The translations under genes were made by a program, and so were the position numbers. The notes under the pieces were generated by a model. That model was not told the DNA's origin and made no database searches. It worked only from the letters and a program-made list of their open reading frames with translations. Positions 34,364 to 48,155 of a stretch of DNA of 64,000 nucleotides are shown here, in pieces (the first letter of the stretch is position 1; each line of letters begins with the position of its first letter). Source of the DNA: Octopus sinensis (lineage: Eukaryota); assembly GCF_006345805.1 (NCBI RefSeq), contig NC_042997.1, forward strand, positions 162,316,001 through 162,380,000. The letters run 5' to 3'.

Positions 34364-34578
34364 ATTGGTCTTAAATTTTGGCACAAGGTCAGCAATTTGG
34401 TGGCAGGGGGTAAGTCGATTATATCGGCCCCAGTGTTCGAATGGTAGTTATTTTGTTGACCTCGAAAGGATGGAAGGCAAAGTCGACCTCGGCGGAATTT
34501 GAATCCAGAACGTATAAACGGATGAAATGCCGCTAAGCATCTTTCCCGGCGTGCTAACGATTCTGCCAGATCGCCGCC

Positions 34579-34579
<1 letters not shown>
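34364..34579 (-). mobile_element. Family-A SINE
   Basis: Head ends TCTGCCAGATCGCCGCC; central block GGAAGGCAAAGTCGACCTCGGCGGAATTTGAA. Confidence 0.85.
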
Positions 34580-34641
<62 letters not shown>

Positions 34642-34655
34642 TGATAATATTAATA

Positions 34656-34805
34656 ATGCAAGTGTATGTAACATACAGAAAATAACACTACTAGGCACCG
34701 CACACATCCTACATAAAACACTTTCAATACAGTGAAAATAAGAATACCCAAGACATAGAGCTGTTCTCGCTAGTGCAGTGAAAGTACGTGACAAAAACAA
34801 GCCTA

Positions 34806-34810
<5 letters not shown>
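34656..34810 (+). mobile_element. 3' tip of an R4/Dong-like LINE between (TAA)n arrays
   Basis: 34670-34735 translates NIQKITLLGTAHILHKTLSIQ*, homologous to the end of the element at 35361-37754 (IQKTALLGTALILRRVWSL*). Confidence 0.75.
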
Positions 34811-34873
<63 letters not shown>

Positions 34874-35094
34874 GATTGTCTTAACTGGTACATCACACGT
34901 ATTGAGAAGAGCATTGTCGATGTGAGAACTGTTGCTGCTCATGTATTTTAATTTAACTTTTAAAAAAAAAAAAAATGAACGAACTACTGAGTTTGGTTTA
35001 ATGGCCTACCAATGTATACTATGAGTTTCTTTGCCCTAGGAGTCGGGAAGACACTCGGCAAGAAATGGAAGCAAATTTGAAAGAAGAAAAAAAA

Positions 35095-35131
<37 letters not shown>

Positions 35132-35196
35132 TAAAAATAATATATAGTTATTATTATATTTATTATTTATATTTATATTATTATAAATTATATTTA

Positions 35197-35346
35197 TCTT
35201 GATATGAGATCACCATGTCGCGCACATATGGTTGTGATGCATGTGCCTAGTGTACCCTTATAAGACGGGTAGTCTTGATGGGTATACTGGGCTTCGAATA
35301 TTTTACCCCAGTGTCACTTTGATGGCAAGCACTGCTCTCTCACTTA
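35197..35346 (+). repeat. Family-F repeat 3' fragment ending in (TAA)n
   Basis: Matches the last 150 bp of the longer copy at 37893-38450. Confidence 0.8.
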
Positions 35347-35360
35347 ATAATAATAATAAA

Positions 35361-37754
35361 AAATTCTGGTCAAAGATTCTGGTCAAACATATGGTCCCAG
35401 GAGAAACAACACGAAACTGAAGCAGAGCGGTTAAAGACACTCAAAGAGGAGAGTAGAGAGTATCAGCTAGAGGATTTAAGAATAACCGAGGAGATGATTA
35501 GAGATCAATGCAGAAAAATTCCTAACTGGAAAGCGCCTGGCCCAGATGTAGTTCAGGGCTTTTGGCTTAAAAACTTGACAGCTCTGCACAGGACAATTGT
35601 GAGACAGCTGGATATACTGAATAGTGACATTCAAGTACCGACCTGGATGACAAAAGGAAGAACGGTACTATGCCAGAAGGACCCAAGTAAAGGGAATGCG
35701 GTTGGAAATTTCCGACCAATATCTTATTTGCAACTGATGTTGAAACTGATGACAGCTGAAATACTGAATAGTGACATTCAAGTACCGACCTGGATGACAA
35801 AAGGAAGAACGGTACTATGCCAGAAGGACCCAAGTAAAGGGAATGCGGTTGGAAATTTCCGACCAATATCTTATTTGCAACTGATGTTGAAACTGATGAC
35901 GGGCATCATATCAAACTGCATCTTTAAGTACCTAGATGAGAACGATCTACTACCAATGGAACAAAAGGGATGTATACGTAAGAGCAGAGGAACAAAGGAT
36001 CAATTTCTAATCGATAAGACTATCCTGGCTGATTGCAAGAAGAGACACAAAAAATTGGCGATGGCATGGGTAGACTACAGGAAAGCATATGACATGGTCC
36101 CACACTCGTAGATTATTGAATGTCTTAAACTGCTTAAGGTCTCACACAATATCCTGAAGCTAATACAAAAGTCAATGACAACGTGGTGCGCTGAACTCAC
36201 AGCATGGAGAGATAAGCTGGGAGAGGTAAATATCAAAAGAGGAATTTTTCAAGGGGACAGTCTGTAGCCTCTCATATTTGTTGTCTGCACACTGCCACAA
36301 ACGATCGTTTTAAGAAAGCTGCGTGTAGGGTACATGCTAAGACTGAGAAAAAATTGAGAGTTTGACGACATCTGTGCAGGTGATTAGCAAGAATATTGCC
36401 ATGGAATTTTGGATTGAGAAATGTTGTACAATGATCCTCAATAGGGGGAAAATCAGTAAAAGCTATGGGATCAAGCTGGAAAATGGTGAAACTATAAGGG
36501 AAGTCGGAGAGGAAGGACATAAGTACCTAGGTATCATTGAAAGAAATAAGATGAATGAACACAAGGTGAAGGAAATGTACAGGAAAGAGTATTTGAGGAG
36601 AACTCGGCTTCAGCTCCAATCGAAGCTAAATGGCCGCTATAAGATTGGGCAGTTGCTTTGATGAGATATGTGGAAAGAATAGTATCTTGGAAGAAGCATG
36701 AATTACGAGAGATAGACCGGAGAACACGTAAATTAATGACAATGAATAAGGAACTACACCCCAAGAGTGATGTGATAAGATTACATGTAAAGAGGAGGGA
36801 AGGAGGACGGGAATTAGTGTGATGTGAAGGTTGTGGAAAGGAAAAGGAGAGTAGCCTGGCCTGGTATGTCAGGGAAAATTCAGGGAACCTTTAGAGTGAA
36901 CGAAGCCATAGATCCAAAACAATTTAAGAGAGACCAGAGAGAGCAGATGAAGAAAATATGGCAGGACAAAAAAAATGCACAGTCAGTTCTTGAAGAATAA
37001 AGATGAGATTAATTAGAATAGAACCTGACAATGGCTGCAGAAAGGAGACGTAAAAGGGCCAACTGAAGCATTAGTGTGCAGCGCTCAAGAACAAGCTCTC
37101 AGAACAAACTACTCCAAATATCACATTGATAAAAACACTGACTCGCCACAGTGTAGGATGTGCTCTGAGAAGGGAAAAAAGTATAAGCCATATTGTTAGT
37201 GAGTGCTGAAAGCTCGCACAACGCAAATATAAAAGGAGATACGACAATGTGGCCAGATATATCCACTGGCTGTTGCACAGTAAAGCAAACCTCGAGAGAG
37301 TCGAACAATGGTATGAACACAAGCCGGTATGAATACATGCAGTGCGACCAAGTCATAGAGGCGAGAGGACCAGATATCATCTCATTCATAAAGATGAGAA
37401 AGAAGTAAAGATACCAGGCGACTCGAGGGGGAAATGTAAGGAAACAGAAAGATTGAGAAGTACCAGCCACGGCGGGACGTTATGGAGCATGAGGAAAGTA
37501 ATGATGATACCGGTGGTAGTAGGAGCATTAGGAGCAGTTTCCAAGGGCTTTGAAAGACATATAAAGAATATTGGAGCTGCTGTCAAGCCCGAGGTGATCC
37601 AGAAGACAGCATTGTTGGGTACAGCTCTCATTTTAAGGAGAGTATGGTCTCTTTGAGTCACAGTAATCACTACTTGAAACCTTTGGTGATTTGTTGTTGC
37701 TTGCTTTCAAGTAAAGAATAACTTGTAATTAAGAACTATCTGAGAGTATTTCAT
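35361..37754 (+). mobile_element. 5'-truncated, decayed R4/Dong-clade non-LTR retrotransposon (RT plus restriction-like endonuclease)
   Basis: NWKAPGPD, NFRPIS, EQKG...GTKDQFLID, AWVDYRKAYDMVPH, RGIFQGDS, CRMC zinc knuckle, RPDII, IPVVVGALG motifs with stops and frameshifts; begins in (TAA)n and ends in (AGT)n. Confidence 0.93.
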
Positions 37755-37800
37755 AGTAGTAGTAGTAGTAGTAATAGTAGTAGTAGTAGTAGTAGTAGTA

Positions 37801-37868
<68 letters not shown>

Positions 37869-37892
37869 ATGCCTTGAAGTAGTAGTAGTAGT

Positions 37893-38450
37893 AATGCCTT
37901 AAAGCAGTACCAGGCAGTGGCTCTCATCGCTTCTGATCTTAAATGATTGGAAGTGTTATCATGTACATTGTTTTGTATTGCTATAAAAGATGGGCTACAG
38001 CAAATATTCTGCTCAATACCACATATTTGCTTGTCAGTTGTTTGTCCTTAATCAGTTGAGCATGTCCCTTGGTGGATGGTGATATGTGCATCTCTGATCA
38101 TGAGCAGAAGTTGTGGGGGAGCATCATAGCTGTGTGTTGAAAGGAATTCTTGGAGGTTTGGATAATTCACATATGTAAACATGGGTGGTTCGTTCAACAT
38201 CCTTAAACAACCCTTATTCGGGGACCTTTTGAGCAGGATGGGCTACTCGACTTGAAAAAATTCGTAACTGGGCCCCACCTACAAGGTCACGCGCTGTTTA
38301 TCTTGATATGAGATCACCATGTCACGCACATATGATTGTGATGCACGTGCCTAGTGTACCCTTATCAGACGAATAGTCGTGATGGGCATACTGGGCTTCG
38401 TATATTTGCACTCCAATGTCACTTTGATGGCATGCACTGCTCTCTCACTC
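37893..38450 (+). mobile_element. Family-F retroposon-like repeat, longer copy
   Basis: Shares 3' 150 bp with 35197-35346 and ends in CTCTCTCACTC-(AAT)n; no coding capacity recognised. Confidence 0.6.
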
Positions 38451-38473
38451 AATAATAATAATTATAATGATGA

Positions 38474-39024
38474 TGATTTCATTTATTTCCCACAAGGGCG
38501 ACGGATGAGGGGGCACAATACAGAGACAGACATAAAGTGTTGGGGCGGGGTTTAAATATAATAATGAAATGATAAAAGTAAGTAAAAGAAAAAAATTAAA
38601 GTATAGGCGGTATACACTGGAAAAGACGGGACATGGGAATAGCATACAAAGATAGAAAAAAATGGGGAGAGGATGATAGAGATGTGGCCCTCCTGATACA
38701 GGAACGCCTCTAGGGATAATCGAGGAACCCCACTGTCCGATATTTCCCTGAAACCCTAGGAGCAAGTGCTCTCACCAAATCCTTCTCTCCGACTCACACT
38801 TAGACAGGTACCATCTACTCTTGCCATTTTCGCAACTTTCACCCATCTTTCAATAAACTCACTCGAGGACAGCACTTCCTCTCTACTCACGATTTTTTTT
38901 CAAGTGAAACTTAAAAAAGTCAATGAGAGCTCTACCAAAGAGGAATGTATCTGTCCTTATGACTTTCAGCCTTCTCCACCAAACAGGTTTTTCCGCCACA
39001 GCTACCTGGCAAAGGAAAGCTGTC
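38474..39024 (-). mobile_element. Tx1/L1-like LINE 3' end
   Basis: Minus-strand REEVLSSSEFIERWVKVAKMARV resembles the L1/Tx1 C-terminal F-x-x-x-W motif, followed by a pyrimidine-rich 3' UTR ending AAATAAATGAAATCA. Confidence 0.5.
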
Positions 39025-39899
39025 TTAATAATAACTAGCTAACGCACTCGTCCTTTGGACGGTTTAGGTTGCTTTGGTGGTTTTTTTAAAACCAAATAAT
39101 TGAACTACCGAGAAAGTTTATTAATAGCACAGTAATCTATGTTTCCGATTAGCCTAGGAACAGAAAACCAAACTGAAGGCTGGTTATTGTGGATGTCGTT
39201 GCACTTTAATGATCAAAGAACATATAAGTTTACAATCGATGCAAAGTAGAGCTACTGAAGTGTTTTGGGAGTAGATTACGGATAATGACTACAAAATATT
39301 GTTGTTTTACATGAAAGCGAAACTTCTTGTTAGAAACAGCCACATAAATGGTGTAAGGAAATTGAAGAAAGACGTTGAAACTTCCTCTCTGCGAGTTTAT
39401 TTTATTCAACAGCAAAGGGAACTATTTTTTCGGAGAGAAGTATGATTGGTATGTCCATAAAAGTAGAGTGTACAACCACTCTGAAAATGACTTCAGGTAA
39501 CGAAAAACGAAGACATGAAGAGTTTTGATTTCAGTTCACGAATACTGCTTTAAACCTTTAGCAGTTCGAAGTGAAAAGATGTCTCGTTGTAAGGCAGACA
39601 AATAATAAATAAAAAAAATGTGAAAACAACTGAAAAGTATTCTGTAATGCAAATATACGACCATATAGATAAAAAAAAGTATGGAAAACAGTCGAAATAA
39701 ATAAATAGACAAAATCTTTTCACTTTTATAATATTCTCTAACCAAAATACTTAATCACAAAATACACACCAATATACATATAAAAAATACAGAAAGTAAT
39801 AACACACAATTACAACATATAAATATATAAAAAATAAAATAAATGTGAAAACCACTAAAAATATTCTCTAATGCCAATATCCGAACATATAGATTTAAA

Positions 39900-40142
39900 A
39901 AGTATGGGAGACCCTAAATACCAAAAAAGTAACTATGCACTGACAACGAATTAGAGAAAAACCCATGTAGACCACCGTTTTTCCAGTTTTTTTTTCCATT
40001 TACGCGGGTTATAGTGCATGACCATGCTTGGGACATAAGTGATGTGTGTGTAAAATTTGGTGAAAATCGGTTGAGAATTGTGGAAATGCATACGTTAATC
40101 AAAATACACACATATACTGTGATTTATATATACCAGATAGAT
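39900..40142 (-). mobile_element. Possible Helitron/Helentron-type non-autonomous fragment
   Basis: AAATTTGGTGAAAATCGGTTGAG followed by ACACACAT and TTTATATATA...AGAT, a layout typical of HINE-like elements; ends not defined. Confidence 0.3.
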
Positions 40143-40379
40143 TGTCATACGCAAAGTGAACGGTGAGATTAAAAAAAAATGATTGACTTATTCTTAATAC
40201 GTTCTGGTAGATTCTCAAGTGAATATGCTAATCGTTGTTGTGTCTGTCATAGGATAGCAACTTCTTTCTGACGAATAACGCACTCAATTCATTAGTACGA
40301 GAGATTCTGAGATATCATTGTCTCGAGAGGTTATGTCCCGTCAGACAGAAGCTTCTTCTTAAGATGTTGATGATGAGAC

Positions 40380-40549
40380 TGAAGAAGAAGAAGAAGAAGA
40401 AGAAGAAGAAGAAGAAGAGAAGAAGAAGAAGAAGGAAGAAGAAGAAGAAGAAGAAGAAGAAGAAGGAGAAGAAGAAGAAGAAGAAGAAGAAGAAGAAGAG
40501 AAGAAGAAGAAGAAGAAGAAGAAGAAGAAGAAGAAGAAGAAGAAGAAGA
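40380..40549. repeat. (GAA)n microsatellite
   Basis: About 170 bp of GAA repeats with few interruptions. Confidence 0.95.
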
Positions 40550-40720
40550 GTTTCTTTATTTGTAATAGGGTGATGAATGATGCAAAATGCAAAGACAGGT
40601 TTTTAGAAACTGTTCTTTAAACACCAAGTAAAAAAGAAAAGAAAAAGAACATTAACAGTATTTTTATGAATCGAAATGAATAATATACAAATATATAAAT
40701 ATTTAAAAGTATATTACATA

Positions 40721-41596
40721 CAAGGGGCGTTCAATGAGTGCCCGACTTTTTTCCCACCAAAACTAATATTGCGGGGGTAAAATTTTCTGTGCGGAAAGTG
40801 ACACCACCCTTCCTGAACATGTATGAAAATTTTCGCGCTGGCTGGCCGTGTCAGTTTCCGGCCGTTGCATCTAAAGTACAGACGTGTAGTGCACCTTCGT
40901 TGGATATTCATTTTCACCGAACCCATCGAGCAGAAATATTGCATCAAGTTTTGCCAAAAGCTTTGTGATACTCAAGCCCAAGCCATCCAGAAGATTCAAC
41001 AGGCTTTTGGTGAAAGAGTTCATGGAGTGGTACAACCGTTTCAAACATAGCTGTACCCTAGTGGGGAGTGAGGTACGCCCAGGCATGCTACTCACAAGTA
41101 GAAACGAGGAGACGATTCAGAAGGTTCGGCAAATACGACCGTCCAAGATATTGCTCACGGAGCGGGAATAAGTACAGGATCAGTGCATTCCATTTTAACG
41201 AAAGATTTGTGCATGTGGAGAGCGTTGGCGAAACTCATCTTCAAGGTGCTGGTGGAGCAAAAGAAGCATCTCTGCATGGAAATCGCTTAGGACATGCTAG
41301 ACTGTGCAAACCACGACCCAGACTTCATGAAGACCATTATCACTGATGATAAGACATGGGTTTATAGCCTGTGTTCGATGCGTTGGGTCGTCTTGCGGGA
41401 AAACGAAAATCCGACTAGCGCGCACTACATGCCTGTACTTCATGCGTAACAGCCGGGAACTGATGCGACGTACTGGTGCGAAACTTTTCACGCATGCGCA
41501 GGAAGGGTGGCGTCACCATCCACTCAAAGGATTTTACCCACACAACATTAATTTTGGCGGGAAAAATAAAGTTGAATACTTTTTGAACGGACCTCC
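40721..41596 (+). mobile_element. Internally deleted mariner with long degenerate TIRs
   Basis: TA-flanked ends; about 190-bp inverted arms; internal fragments EQKYCIKFCQKL, RPGMLLTS, DPDFMKTIITDDKTWVY (first catalytic Asp motif), then truncated. Confidence 0.88.
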
Positions 41597-42347
41597 TATG
41601 TCCCAACACAATGACAGTTAATCAGAAAAAAATAGAATGTCTGCGTATCCCCAAATGCTCTTCAATGCTAAAGTGAGTACCTTCTTGTTATAAAATTGCT
41701 CCCGAAAGTTGAGAGCGAAACCAAAGAATCACATCAGGCTTTCTGTTCTCACCCACTTTCAGGAGATTTATAGGAGAACTACACTTCGTTAGTCACGATC
41801 TCTTACTAATAATCGAAAAGTTAAAAGTTTCAAACTGAAAAAAACAACCAAATTGGTGTTGAAACAGCATGGACGGTGAAAAGTTTTTACATGAACAGAA
41901 AAGATTCAATAATATTAACAAGGTCTCGTTTCTAAAAAATAATATCCACCATGATAAAACGAAAACTATAAGGGATTAATGAATTAAAGAACAATATCTC
42001 TAACGTGTTACACGCATCCTACACTGCAACAATATTCTTCATATACGAGCTAGTGAGAAAAAAAGTTGGAAATGTAAGATAAAACTAAACTTGAATATAT
42101 TAGCAAATGTCTGCGAATTTACAGCAATAAAAATATCCCAGAAAAAATAGAACCCATGCAAAGAATACCTATGAAATATAATAAAATGCAACCAAATACC
42201 CATCCACCCATTATCACACGCAATGTAAGCTGCTTAAAAGAATTTCTCATAAAATCCCACAATAGAAGAAAATAATGCAAATAATAATAATAATAATAAT
42301 AATAATATAATAATAATAATAATATAATAATAATAATAATAATAATA

Positions 42348-42405
<58 letters not shown>

Positions 42406-43657
42406 CCTCAGAATACATTGAAATATCGCATCACACATGAGAAGGACAAAGGCATCATACCGAAACGAAATGCGAGGTTGGAGAAAAAAGAACAAAAACA
42501 TGAAACAGTGATATAAAAATATCAAAGACTCCAATCACAAATATATATCTTCTTTGGAGTACTTGATGTGGAAGACCATAAAGCTATAAATTATCCTTTC
42601 TACTATATGTAAAAGGACTAAAGTTTTTGGGGATGGGATAGTCGATTACATCGACACTAGTGCTCAACTGGTACTTAATTTATCGATCCCGAAAGTATGA
42701 AAGGCAAAATCTAACTCGGTGGAAGTTGAATTCAGAACGTAATGAGGCACGAAATACCGCTAAGCATTTCCCTAGCTTCAAAGAAACAAACCTGAACATT
42801 AACAGGCTGATTGGCATCATTCACTTAGTGATTATCTCAGAGCTGGTTCGGCAAGTAAGGTGAAGTCTCACTTTCGCTGATGAAGTAATAATAAGATTGA
42901 AACATGTTCTGAAATGTTTCTCAGATCTGCTAGAGCAATTAAAATACCATTAGCCAATTACTAATATTGCTTTTTCCACAATGCATAAATATATCTTGTT
43001 AGGTTTTTAATACTCTCCTGTATTAATTATATTAGCATTAACTTAATCGTTTTCTATGTGGATGCTCAGGGTAATTTATTTTATAAACAATTAAATTTTT
43101 CTACATAGCCAATGTGCAATACTGTACATTTACTTGGTCATTCTCTCATTACCATTTCGCCAAGTATGGTAAAGTTTGTACATCATCAATGAAGTGGCTG
43201 CGATACGCGTGGCGTTGTTACTCGTACTTGCCGAAATAATTAAAATAATTAGTCAACGACTAATATTATTTTTAGATCAACGTATAATTATTTCTAGTTA
43301 ACTTTTTAAAACTCCCAGCATTGTGTATGTTAACACTTTTAATCTATTCTGAAGTCACGATAATGTAGAGGAAAAATGGTTTCATTTATAACAATAAGAT
43401 TTGCTTCAGTCAAGCTTCTCAAACCACAAAAAGTAGGAAAAACATGTTATATAACATTGAAAGCAAACCCGGGAGAAGCAATTCTCACTGTGCGACAGAG
43501 AAAGAGAGGAGTATTATATAAAAACTAAAAAAAAAAACCAAAAAAAAAAACCAAAAGCAAAACTAAATATGAAGAAAATATATCATTAAAAAATGAGGAA
43601 ACTTTAAATATCTTAGTAAAAGTCATGCGGAGTAAGATGCACCGAAAAGCAAGCAGT

Positions 43658-45671
43658 CAATTATAAGGCGTAAAAGATTCTGGATTTTGCTTAATTGCTT
43701 AATTTATTTATGTTTAAATATTTCTTTGCACATAAACACACACACTCACACTCATACACACACGCACACGTATACACAGACGCACACATATACACACACG
43801 CATTCGTTATCTGAAATACTGAAAAATTTTTTCATCGACGATGGAAAAAATGGTAAGAATGAAAACTTTCTGCAGTCAAACCGCACGATTAGAATTGGAA
43901 TAGAAAGACAAAACTGGCTGTACATTTCTGAAAATTCTTGATTAAAGTACATATCCTGTATCAACAGTTCTCTGTGAATTATTAAAGCAATACCAGAATT
44001 ATGAGAGGAGAAAACTGTATTGACCCACATACACCAGGAAACCCCTAAATTTACAAAGCAATAGACACTATTCGCCAAAAATATACAAAGGTCAGTATAT
44101 CGATAACACCTCTTACTGGAAGAGCAGCAGCTGAGTTAAAAAAGACGATGTAAGATCATAAACAATAGCTATTGATTAACAGGAAAATTATTGAATTCTG
44201 CAGGAAGAGAAGGGAAAAATCTAAGGACTGTAAAATTTAACAGTATAACTTACTCCTAATTATTAGAGAGACTATTAAGGTTTATCCTTATAAGAAGAAT
44301 TCTTTTTCGAAGAAAGACATTACTCCTTTGCACTTTTTTGATTCAATTTGAATGAAACGGACAATGGCTACGCATTCTATATACAAATTATCCTTTACAT
44401 GGAAGAAAAAAAAACTATTTAAACCTGCCTCGTGATTGTTTCAATTTCTGGCTGAAAATTTTCTTTCCTACTCTATACATAAAGCTCGAAATTTTGGGGG
44501 AGAGGGTCAGTCAATTAGATCGACTCCAGCACGCAACTGGTACTTAATTTATCTACCCCGAAGGGATGAAAGATAAAGTCGACCTCGGTGGTTTTGCCTT
44601 TCATCCTTTCGGGGTCGATAAATTAAGTATCAGGTGCGTCCTGGGGTCGATCTAATCGACTGGCTCTTCCCTCAAAATTTCGGGCCTTGCGCCTAGAGTA
44701 GAAAAGAATTTCTGGCTAAAAGTATTTTTATGTCTTCATTTACATACATGAACGTAGTTAGGAAAGAAACGGGCATTACAAAATTCCGTTTCTTCTTTTA
44801 AAACATATGGACTTAGCACTAATTGAAATAAACAAGTATTAAACACTAATTGAGAGTATGTATGTATATGTGTCTGTATGTATGTACGTACGTATGCACG
44901 TATGTATGTATGTATGTATGTATGTATGTATGTATGTATGTATGTATGTATGTATGTATGTGCGCTTGTTTACAGGCATAAAGCAGTATGGCGAGATGTG
45001 GTCCATTATATCAATTCGAAAAGATATCATCAGTACGATCGCTTTCAACATTAATTTTGTACATCAGCACGTCAGCAGTTCAATGACCGAAAGCAATAAA
45101 AAAAACAAAAAGGATAAAAGGATGTAAAGTTAATGAGAGAAAGCGAGTAAAAAGCCAACTATAACATTTAATGATTTTCACATTGTTGATTAAACTCTGA
45201 GACAATAACTGATAATTTTATATTCTGTTTCACACAGCTGTTTAAGTCGTTAGGATGTAAGCCTGTCGACGTATGGTTTATTGTCCTCCATTGTTGTATT
45301 TAAATTATCACGTAGACAAAACCTACCATAGGCGCTATGCCTACCATAGGCGGATTATCTGGAATGTGGGCCAATACTTATTTCTTACTTTGAATGTCTC
45401 TGAAGCTGGTGAGGAATATTTGTTCTGAATGATTCTGCTCAAATTAGCTTCCCTGAAAATGACTCTCTGGCATTCTTTTCATTCTCTGAACATTCCGTTA
45501 CCTGGTTTTGTGCTGATTCAATTATAAGGCGTAAAAGATTCGGGATTTTGCTTAATTGATTAATTTATTTATGTATAAATATTTCTTTGCACTTAAACAC
45601 ACACACTCACACTCATACTCATATACACACGCACACGTATACACAGACGCACACATATACACACACACGCA
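43658..45671 (+). repeat. About 145-bp direct repeats flanking 1.7 kb
   Basis: 43658-43803 and 45518-45671 share ATTATAAGGCGTAAAAGATTC...CACACGCAT with a few substitutions. Confidence 0.85.
44487..44682. repeat. Palindrome made of two family-A SINE 3' halves
   Basis: Arms 44487-44577 and 44593-44682 are reverse complements (roughly 85 percent by eye), 15-nt loop. Confidence 0.88.
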
Positions 45672-47038
45672 TATATATTAATACATTTGTAATTATCAGC
45701 TTAATCTAAAATGAATGCTACGCAAAGTTTCTAACGTGCAGGTTTCGATTATCAACAAGAACAATTTTACTTCACATATATTGTGAGGTTTCTTTTCTTC
45801 CCGCCCAGAAATCTGATACCATCATGAATGCAAATAAGGAATTTAGCATTTTTCTTGAAATAAATAACTTCTAAAATCTTCCTACAACAAGAATGACGAG
45901 ATTTGTAGTCATTAATATGCTTAAAATATGGAAGTCTTCAAACACCTACCCAAGCACATATCTTATCTCTTACGAGCTCATACTGGATATTTCTTTGATA
46001 GTAATTTGGATTTGTACACACCAATGTTTTATAATTCAGAGATATTCGTAATCCGGTGGTAAAATATGAAATCTCCGTCCAATTATTTGTTTCCTTCGAC
46101 TCCTACACTGACCTGCCATTAGATATATTTCTTCCTAATCTTCTGCTGAAAAATTAAACACCTTGATTCAGTAATATTTATTCTCACTCGTAACATAATT
46201 TCTCTTGTGTTATTTTCCCTATCATTCATTAAAATACTTGGACAATTTCTAGCCATTTAAGTAGTAATAAAACTCATAATCACTTGCCGTTACAAATCTC
46301 CATCAAACCGACAATTTTATTTTTGTTTATTTCCTTCAGTTGCAATCCTCTTCTCTTTCATAATCTCACTCTGGTTGTTTCTATTGCACCTGTTTTGCTT
46401 TATCTATATTTACTCTGTGTTTCAACTCCATTCTAAAATATACATATTTCTGTTGTTAATTTAAAGCATTACTATTTATTTCTCACTTCAAATTTCAGTT
46501 GATACCTCCAAATTTTTGTTTATTTCTTTTTGTATCAGTAACTTTTTCCTTCATAATTTCATTAGGAATATATGGTTCTTCGTCTATGTCCGTTTGACTA
46601 AAAAATTACAAATCGAACACCAACAAAATCATATATGTTATTATTTACCATTCCATACTGAATATATCTATAACATTAATTTCTATCTGTACATCCTGTA
46701 TGTGTTTGAATTCGCTTCTAAAATATTCTTAATCGGGTCGTAAAATATATTCCCAGTTTATTAAGTCATTTTTGTTCAATATGTAAAAAGCATGTATTTT
46801 GTGACACTACACATTTCATCCATGATTTCTTGAAATTATTTTTCCCTTTCCACGAATAGTTGCTCATAGTTTATTCCAACTTTCTCGTTCTTTCATAATA
46901 ATTTAAAGATAATTTCCTTTGTATTATTTCTTTGCTATTCCATTAAAAATATCTTTTAGTTTTTGATCTCAGTCAGTAAGTGAAAATTGACAGCAAAATC
47001 TATATTCACGATGAGACATGAAAAGTGACTCAAAATTG

Positions 47039-47087
<49 letters not shown>

Positions 47088-47625
47088 AAATGAGAACCAG
47101 CTCCGTCTCGATGTGATGCTTCTGGACACGCCAGGAGCAGGCAGAAAAAAGAAAACAAGAGTGCTTGTACGCAACATAACGGTTACCAGATAGAATTATA
47201 TGATCAGTGTGAGCCGATATCCTCTTGAAGTTTTCTCATTTTCTTTTCCTTTTCTTCCTGGACACTTATGATGTTAGTCATCCCATTGCATGTTGGTTCA
47301 TTAGCGCAGGCCGATTTTGTCTTTGTGACAGTTAAACTACAACAATGACAACTTGGATGACCATTGTAGAGCAATTTATAGTACTTACTCAAAACTTTTA
47401 CATATCATATATGGTTTTAAGATATTTAACAAATTCTCCATACTAATACACACACACACACACCATTTCTACTATAGGTACAAGGCCTGAAATTTTGGTG
47501 AGGGTGTTAGTCAATTACATCGACCCCAGTGCTCGACTGGTATTTTATCGCCCCCGAAAGGCTGAGAGACCAAGATGATCTCGGCAAATTTGAACTAAAG
47601 AAGTAGATCCGACATGCCAGCTCGG

Positions 47626-47666
<41 letters not shown>

Positions 47667-47815
47667 AAATATAATATGTAACAATTATTCGGTAGCCATG
47701 ATAAAACACCGATGGCTACCGAATAATTGTCACATATCCTATTGACAGATAAATTCCTCTATTTGCATAATATCGCGGTCTCTTTCATTCATTTGTTGTC
47801 TTGCCATTTCTATCA

Positions 47816-47848
<33 letters not shown>

Positions 47849-47849
<1 letters not shown>

Positions 47850-48155
47850 CACGTGATCACGTGACCGACCAGACCATCAGATGTTGTTACACATCGCTGG
47901 TCACAATGCGTTCGCATTGTTTTAGCCTTCGAATGACGCCACCCCGCTGGCTAAGCGAGCAGGCCAACAGAAGAAAGAGTGGGAGAAAGAGTGTTGAAAG
48001 AGTACAGCAGGGATCACCCCCCCCCTGTCGGAGCCTCGTGGAGCTTTTAGGTGTTTTCGCTCAATAAACACTCACAACGCCCGGTCTGGGAATCGAAACC
48101 ACGATCCTGCGACCGCGAGTCTGCTGCCCTAACAACTTGGCCATTGCGCCTCCAC
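47849..48155 (-). mobile_element. Family-B SINE
   Basis: Closely similar to 488-790. Confidence 0.85.
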
